Assembly: GCA_964618165.1 (NCBI GenBank)
Contig: CAZTWW010000001.1
Coordinates: forward strand, 499-64,498
Length of the DNA stretch: 64,000 nucleotides
Direction of reading: 5' to 3'
DNA from: an uncultured Candidatus Saccharibacteria bacterium
GTDB taxonomy: Bacteria > Patescibacteriota > Minisyncoccia > Phycocordibacterales > UBA918
The notes under the pieces were generated by a model, which made no database searches, had not been told where the DNA came from, and worked only from the letters and a program-made list of their open reading frames with translations. The position numbers were made by a program, and so were the translations under genes. Below are positions 58,373 to 64,000 of this stretch, one piece after another. Numbering within the stretch: the first letter of the stretch is position 1; every line of letters starts with the position of its first letter.

Positions 58373-58408
58373 ATATATTGCTGACACATCGAAAAAATGG
58401 TACTGTAA

Positions 58409-58521
58409 CAGTGATGGTAGGGGTGTATACCCCCCTTAGACTGTCCGACTCAATCACTCCTACCAGACACTGCTCTGAAACTGCCTCAACCTGACCCCGC
58501 CCACAAGGTGGGGTCTTTTTT
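58409..58521 (+). ncRNA. Candidate sRNA unit 3
   Basis: TTGCTG-17-TACTGT, long stem, loop TATACCCCCCTT, terminator. Confidence 0.6.
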
Positions 58522-58537
58522 ATGGTATAGTCGCAGT

Positions 58538-59065
58538 ATGAGGCGACTCGTAGCGTATATCTCTCACCTCGCAGACCCAAATCCGTATCATGCAAATGAA
58601 TGGGCGTATTACCGCTTGCCGGCACTGGTCATCGTGATTGATGTAGTACTGTCAATTGGGTTGGCGGTTGTGTTTAGTGTGACCGATACAATCGAACCAG
58701 TCGAGCCGATCGGGGTACCGATTCTCTCGCTCTGGTTTATTCCGTTTCTTCTCCTTGTATCAACGATTGAAGAGCTCTTATTCCGGATTATACCGCTCTC
58801 TATCGCCATGAGTGCGAGTGAACGAAAGATTATGCATGTGCTTACCGCACTCATCGCCGCCATGCTCTTTGGCTACGTGCATGGTGGGTGGGCGAATGTG
58901 CCCCTCCAGGGGATTGGTGGCTTTCTCTATGGACTCCTCTTTATCCGCTACGCGCGGGGTGGCGAAGCCTTCTTAGAGGCAAGTATCGTCGTGATAATGA
59001 TGCATACGGCCTTTAATGGATTGATTGGGATGATTGCGCTCCTCGGTGGTGAGACCATGTTTTAA
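58538..59065 (+). CDS. CPBP family (CAAX/Abi) intramembrane glutamic endopeptidase
   Basis: EELLFR, FGYVH, HTAFN. Confidence 0.9.
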   Translation: MRRLVAYISHLADPNPYHANEWAYYRLPALVIVIDVVLSIGLAVVFSVTDTIEPVEPIGVPILSLWFIPFLLLVSTIEELLFRIIPLSIAMSASERKIMHVLTALIAAMLFGYVHGGWANVPLQGIGGFLYGLLFIRYARGGEAFLEASIVVIMMHTAFNGLIGMIALLGGETMF

Positions 59066-59118
59066 GTAGATTGTGCAGTCTTTTATCAGGCAGTCTTCTT
59101 TGGTAAGCTAGGAAGCCT

Positions 59119-60228
59119 GTGAAGCGTATTCTATTGAGTCTTGTTGCTATTGGTATCGTGATTAGCGCGGTTGTTGTCGTGCGTGGTGTGCCAAGTGCCA
59201 TGACACTCCCGTTTAGTGCCACTGAGGAGGATTTTGATAATGAACCAGTTGAACTCCTTGATGCGGAGACGATACGCGTCGGGCAGGGTGGGTGGTATAC
59301 CATCGCGGAGCTGGCCTCCTATAAGCGGCCAGAAGGCCCACTCCGGGTCGGGGTACAGATTGGACACCTTGATAACGATAAGGTACCAGAAGAATTGAAG
59401 GCACTCACAGCGAATACCGGCGCAAGCTTCGGTACGGTAACTGAGCGCGAGCTCATGAAGCAAATTGGCGAGAAGGTACGGGTTGAACTTGAGGCGCGTG
59501 GTGTCGTGGTGGATGTCCTCCCAGCGACGGTACCGCCGAAGTATGAGGCTGACGCCTTCATTGCGCTCCATGCTGATGGTAACCAGAATCGTCGGGCACG
59601 CGGTTTTAAGATTGCAGGACCTCGTCGGGATTATTCTGGCCTCTCTGAGCGTCTAGTCTCGAGTCTCACCACCGCCTACGCCTCGACCACGAAGCTCCCG
59701 TTTGATGACACCATTACCCGTCGAATGACGGCGTACTACGCCTTTAACTGGCCACGCTATGAGCACGCGATACACCCGTTCACCCCAGCCGCGATAGTAG
59801 AGACAGGGTACGTCACCGACGCCGTTGATAGAGCCTTCCTCATTAACCAGCAAGATGTCATCGCCACGGCGATTGCGGACGGCGTTATGGACTTCCTTGC
59901 AACAGAACGAACACCAAATCCACCAGCCGGCTCCCTTGAGATACCAAGCATGCCACTCTCAGGCACCGTTGTCTGTGCACCAATCCGCGCTGACCGTGGT
60001 GGTACCACCACACCAGAATGTGTCCCGGGCCTTAAGACCAGTGACGGTACCCACTACCTCCTTGAGCCAAAGGAGCGAATAGCGACCACCTCACTACCGT
60101 TTACCACGACGGTACGTGGGCGCTACGTACCAGCCAACACACTCCCGAACTACTTCTGGTTCCCATATGAGGTACGTGGCTTCATTATGGAGAGCGAGAT
60201 TGCGACGGTTACCGTTGCACCTTTATAG
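59119..60228 (+). CDS. N-acetylmuramoyl-L-alanine amidase (Amidase_3), membrane-anchored
   Basis: QIGH, TERE, FIALHAD, AAIVETGY. Confidence 0.85.
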   Translation: MKRILLSLVAIGIVISAVVVVRGVPSAMTLPFSATEEDFDNEPVELLDAETIRVGQGGWYTIAELASYKRPEGPLRVGVQIGHLDNDKVPEELKALTANTGASFGTVTERELMKQIGEKVRVELEARGVVVDVLPATVPPKYEADAFIALHADGNQNRRARGFKIAGPRRDYSGLSERLVSSLTTAYASTTKLPFDDTITRRMTAYYAFNWPRYEHAIHPFTPAAIVETGYVTDAVDRAFLINQQDVIATAIADGVMDFLATERTPNPPAGSLEIPSMPLSGTVVCAPIRADRGGTTTPECVPGLKTSDGTHYLLEPKERIATTSLPFTTTVRGRYVPANTLPNYFWFPYEVRGFIMESEIATVTVAPL

Positions 60229-60269
60229 TATCGAGGCAAGAGAAAAGGCGCCTGGTGGGCGCCTTTACT

Positions 60270-60731
60270 TTAACATTGCTCTGCGTCTGCATGTTTGATA
60301 ATCAGCAACATACCGTCTTGGTGACGCACCCGCCAGAAGTTCCTACCCCAAAAGGGGAACTCACTATTGCCGGGTACAATAAGCGGAGACACTTTCTCTT
60401 TTGTCAGAATACGCCGATTCTCGAGCATGAAGGCTTCGACTCGGTGCAGATCTTTAGATGGTACACTCGATATTGACCAAGCAGAACCGAACCAAAGAAA
60501 GCAGCGTATGAAAAACTTCCGATTAGCCGGTGTACCCGGACGGTAGAGACACTCCTCAAGACGCGATATGAGACGGTCTTCTTGTCGATCGCTCTCACAG
60601 TTAACGATATGGATCAGTTTCTGGTCCTCAAAGAACAACCTCGATGAGAGCGGATCTTCCGTGGTAATGTTCGTGCTTGCTTGTCCGACATAGACGATGT
60701 TGTTGTCGACTATCGGCATCTTGACGTTCAT
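60270..60731 (-). CDS. Hypothetical protein
   Basis: AAAGGGG upstream; shares bidirectional terminator 60243-60266 with the amidase gene. Confidence 0.5.
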   Translation of the reverse strand: MNVKMPIVDNNIVYVGQASTNITTEDPLSSRLFFEDQKLIHIVNCESDRQEDRLISRLEECLYRPGTPANRKFFIRCFLWFGSAWSISSVPSKDLHRVEAFMLENRRILTKEKVSPLIVPGNSEFPFWGRNFWRVRHQDGMLLIIKHADAEQC

Positions 60732-60849
60732 GGTAAACCCCCTTTGTTTTCCGTCGTGATTATGCCAGCAAATAGCATAAGTGCAAGGAATCCACGACCT
60801 CAGAAGAGAGTGATGCAGTCATATTAGACAAAAGTGCTACTATACATGA

Positions 60850-61581
60850 ATGGATACCACTGAACCACACGAAGCTCAGCCAACTACGATTTCTAACAAT
60901 CGCTATGAATCGCTCAATCGTGTCACCACGCTTTCGAAGTACCTTGCGCTCACACTGTTTGTAGCATTACCGTTTATTGGTGGGTATGTCGGGTATCAGC
61001 TCTCTGCATCGACACATGTCTCGATGCTGTATGAGTCTCCAAGCAACGTTGTGGTGCCTGTGGAGATATCGACACCAACTACAGCCGTCTCTTCTGATGC
61101 ATATACTTCGTGGTCGCTCCAGCAGTCATTCCAGATACCATTGTCTGGTGACACTTCTCTGATTGGAACGCTGCAGTTTGGTGCGATGGGAAGTGTCGGT
61201 GAAGCAATGATTGATGCCCCATTGTCTGCTATTAAAGTCGATGCTGCTGCCAGAACAATACATGCCGATGAAGGAGGTATTCCGCTCCTCACCGTGCATG
61301 AGTATTCAGGTAGCACTACCATGCGAGATTTCATAGCTACACTTATCTTGCCTATTATGACCATGTCTGAAAGCTGTACCATGGAAACGGTCACCACTAA
61401 GGAAGGGAACATTTACTACAGTTTTGTCGGAACACTAGAAGATAATGCTTGTCCGGAACGTATGCAGTTTGTGCAACTAAACAACTATGTAGCGGTTATA
61501 TGGTACACCCCAGTTGATCCAGAATCTGCTCGCATTGACGCCACTAGCCTGCGCCTCACATCACCGACCCTACTGCAATAG
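60850..61581 (+). CDS. Single-pass membrane-anchored hypothetical protein
   Basis: 'VTTLSKYLALTLFVALPFIGGYVG' N-terminal anchor. Confidence 0.75.
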   Translation: MDTTEPHEAQPTTISNNRYESLNRVTTLSKYLALTLFVALPFIGGYVGYQLSASTHVSMLYESPSNVVVPVEISTPTTAVSSDAYTSWSLQQSFQIPLSGDTSLIGTLQFGAMGSVGEAMIDAPLSAIKVDAAARTIHADEGGIPLLTVHEYSGSTTMRDFIATLILPIMTMSESCTMETVTTKEGNIYYSFVGTLEDNACPERMQFVQLNNYVAVIWYTPVDPESARIDATSLRLTSPTLLQ

Positions 61582-61739
61582 TATGTCTATAAACGCGTAC
61601 CTTAGTTGTTGCATATCTCTGTAATACGTGGTTTTATACAGAGGCGGAGGCTACTTGCCGCACTCGTTACTAACACTAGTACACCAGTGAATTTGGTACG
61701 TAGCCTCCGTAAGTTTGTTCTTTACGGAGGTATATAAAA

Positions 61740-61832
61740 ATGAAAACAAACATTTCAATTGTTCTTTTTATTGATAAGTACGGTGTGGTACACACCACAA
61801 GGCAGGGCTGCATACAGGCAAACATGCAGTAA
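61740..61832 (+). CDS. Putative 30-aa peptide with hairpin-sequestered SD
   Basis: GGAGG in the 3' arm of hairpin 61704-61730; terminator 61858-61891. Confidence 0.4.
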   Translation: MKTNISIVLFIDKYGVVHTTRQGCIQANMQ

Positions 61833-62107
61833 TCACGCGGGGTAACCCGCCTGATAGGGCGCTCGGGAATGAAACCACCGAGCGCCTTTTCATATGCTTG
61901 AAATATCAAAAATATGTGGTCTCGGTGCATTCGAGAAAGTGACGAAAATGGGTGTATCCTGATACCGACATGACGGTCTGTCAAAGGTGTGGTATGGGTG
62001 ATCGGTGCGATAATAGTATTATTTTAAGCCATATTTTGAGTATCCGGTAATCATGTGCTTTGGCTTTGTCAACTTGCCGGCCAGAACGGTGGTGGTAGTA
62101 TGTGCAT

Positions 62108-62545
62108 ATGGAAAGCATCTTTAATCGTCATACTGATCTCGCGACCGGTATCAAAAATCACCTTCAGACACTGCGTCGGGAGGAACAGCGATTACAGGTT
62201 CGATTGCTCGCGGTCGACCGCTGCCAGCGTGTCATTAAGACCCTCCAACTTGATGCCGATGGGGCAGAGGAAGGGGAGGATGAGTTCAGCGAAGCGCTCG
62301 CGAACGTCGAGGCCATCAAGTACGACCTCACGACCTACCTCCGTCAGCTTCGTGACCGGATTGTGCATATTGAGCGTGGTGTCTCACAGATATACAGTCT
62401 CGAGCAGAATCCGAGTGCACAGACGTTTGCCCTCTATATTGAGGAAGATGCCCGCCTCTGCGCGCGCGATGTCCTCGTTGCACGCGAAGGCTACGATGAA
62501 CTCATCGAGAACATCCAAGCCCTCAGTCACCTCCGCGACCAGTAA
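62108..62545 (+). CDS. Helical hypothetical protein
   Basis: TGGTAGTAT before the ATG; terminator 62548-62574. Confidence 0.7.
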   Translation: MESIFNRHTDLATGIKNHLQTLRREEQRLQVRLLAVDRCQRVIKTLQLDADGAEEGEDEFSEALANVEAIKYDLTTYLRQLRDRIVHIERGVSQIYSLEQNPSAQTFALYIEEDARLCARDVLVAREGYDELIENIQALSHLRDQ

Positions 62546-62629
62546 CGAAAATGCCCCGATGTGGGGTATTTTTTGATTCGGTTATCATAGTATTGAATAG
62601 TAGATATTTTTATGGTATAGTAGGAATAC

Positions 62630-63283
62630 ATGAACAAATTCCAACCAGGCGGTTTGCGTAATCGCCGTGATGATATAGGCGGACGACCACGTGGCGATAT
62701 CAATAGTTACGCCCCGAAGAGTCGCCAAGGAGGCGGTAAGCCAGGCTTTAAGAAGAGCTTTGGCGACCGTGGGAGTAAGCCATTTGGCCGAAATGAGCGC
62801 GATCGTGACACTCGACCACCAATGAAGTCGTATGATGCGATTTGTACCAGTTGTGGTGCCAAGTGTGATGTACCATTCCGCCCAGACGGCACGAAGCCAG
62901 TACTCTGTCGGGATTGCTTTAGTAAGAAGAATGCGAGCGCAACCAACATGGCCGGGCACCCAGAGCGATTCACTCGTACTGAGCGTCAAGGCCACTCTCG
63001 TGACACGTCATACGGCGAGAAGCACGCGCCAGCCGGTGTCTCAAAAGAGCAATACGACCTCCTCGTTGCCCAGCTCACCACGCTAGAGGCGAAGGTGTCA
63101 CAGATTCTCGAGCTCGTCCTTGCTTCAGAAAAACTTGTGACTAATCTGCCTGAACTGACCGTCGAGGCGCCTGTGGCAGCTAAAAAGAAGACAGCTGCCA
63201 AAAAGGCTCCTACTAAGAAAGCGGCTCCGAAGAAGGTGGCAGTAAAGAAAGTAACAAAGAAGGCGACAAAAAAGACAAAGTAA
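62630..63283 (+). CDS. CxxC-x17-CxxC domain protein with RG-rich N-terminus and histone-H1-like Lys/Ala tail
   Basis: 'AICTSCGAKCDVPFRPDGTKPVLCRDCF'; 'AAKKKTAAKKAPTKKAAPKK'. Confidence 0.88.
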   Translation: MNKFQPGGLRNRRDDIGGRPRGDINSYAPKSRQGGGKPGFKKSFGDRGSKPFGRNERDRDTRPPMKSYDAICTSCGAKCDVPFRPDGTKPVLCRDCFSKKNASATNMAGHPERFTRTERQGHSRDTSYGEKHAPAGVSKEQYDLLVAQLTTLEAKVSQILELVLASEKLVTNLPELTVEAPVAAKKKTAAKKAPTKKAAPKKVAVKKVTKKATKKTK

Positions 63284-63391
63284 CAACCAAAATGAACGAC
63301 ACACCCGGCAAAGACTATGTCTTTGCCGGGTGTGTCTGTACGTAGCGGAATAGTATGTTATAGTTTTGCCGGACTGAACGAGGGGGTCTAA

Positions 63392-63844
63392 ATGACAACA
63401 GATGTGCATGAACAGGACAGTGTGTTGCAGTCGCTCTATGGAAACAACCTGAGGCGAGTACCCATCGCACGAGCTACAAGTTTGGCAGCGTACGAACTGG
63501 TAGACACTGATATTCGTGTCATTCTCCGACACGATCCTGAGTACCCGATACCGGTACTGGTAATGATTCATCAGGGTGGTCTCGAACGAAAGGACATGTG
63601 TCGTTGGCGCAAACCGAATCTTGGTGCCGCAGAAGAAGAGTTTCGTGGGTGGCCAACGCACTTTCTTTGGCTCCATAGTCGTGTAGGTGAACCGACACGA
63701 CTGTTTATCATTGAGGTGGTTAGAGAGGGTTCAATTCCAAAACTGAGAGAAATCAAAGAGCTCGATGATAAGCGTCCAAAAGAATTCATCTGGTTCTATT
63801 CTCATATACAGGCGAGATTGCTTGAATACAACTGGGTGCGCTGA
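63392..63844 (+). CDS. Hypothetical protein
   Basis: AGGGGG upstream; terminator 63853-63878. Confidence 0.55.
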   Translation: MTTDVHEQDSVLQSLYGNNLRRVPIARATSLAAYELVDTDIRVILRHDPEYPIPVLVMIHQGGLERKDMCRWRKPNLGAAEEEFRGWPTHFLWLHSRVGEPTRLFIIEVVREGSIPKLREIKELDDKRPKEFIWFYSHIQARLLEYNWVR

Positions 63845-63906
63845 CACCTTAGGGCCCCGACACGTGCGGGGCTTTTTCTTGTCTGCTATACTCGGCGCAA
63901 TTGCAT

Positions 63907-64000
63907 ATGGTAAACCTTGATGATTATCACTACGTATTGCCACCAGAATTGATTGCCCATGAGCCAGCCTCACCACGTGAGTCGGCCAAGCTCTTGGTCT
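63907..64000 (+). CDS. queA: S-adenosylmethionine:tRNA ribosyltransferase-isomerase (3'-truncated by window)
   Basis: MVNLDDYHYVLPPELIAHEPASPRESAKLLV matches the QueA N-terminal consensus. Confidence 0.85.
   Translation, partial: MVNLDDYHYVLPPELIAHEPASPRESAKLLV

Noticed and set aside
1-64000. CRISPR or TIGR-type arrays, DGR, retron, rRNA
   Set aside because: No regularly spaced identical repeats and no cas, reverse transcriptase or Nop-domain gene seen; the 58-kb array conserves architecture, not repeat sequence

Overview
A ~50% GC bacterial window with almost all genes on the + strand and the standard genetic code (TGA is used as a stop). It is most consistent with Patescibacteria/CPR (Parcubacteria-like). 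That assignment is an inference from the short UvrC, leaderless-type starts, cohesin/dockerin surface proteins and Thr/Ser-rich giant exoproteins. Positions 1-36.7 kb are a large cell-surface locus. It holds two giant proteins (>3400 aa, 5'-truncated; 2052 aa) and two short proteins (624, 385 aa) that share two classes of WxL-like C-terminal module. It also holds three DUF916/WxLIP-like membrane partners, three cohesin and two dockerin proteins (one has both), an Fn3 protein, a TolB-like propeller, a MacB/LolCDE-type ABC pair and a Cys-less thioredoxin. Positions 36.7-51.6 kb are mostly housekeeping (AI-2E, CapA, FKBP, tgt, uvrB/A/C, ddl, phhB, tRNA-Ala), interrupted by small foreign-looking genes and REP-like palindromes. 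Positions 51.6-64 kb are accessory: a structured element on the tRNA 3' end, an AT-rich MazG-like + DUF2075 + two Zn-finger cassette, three tandem promoter-hairpin-terminator sRNA-like units, a CPBP protease, an amidase, and the start of queA. The best candidates for new biology are the WxL-like/chaperone/cohesin-dockerin surface assembly system and the three-unit sRNA array. All calls come from reading motifs by eye; no database search was run.
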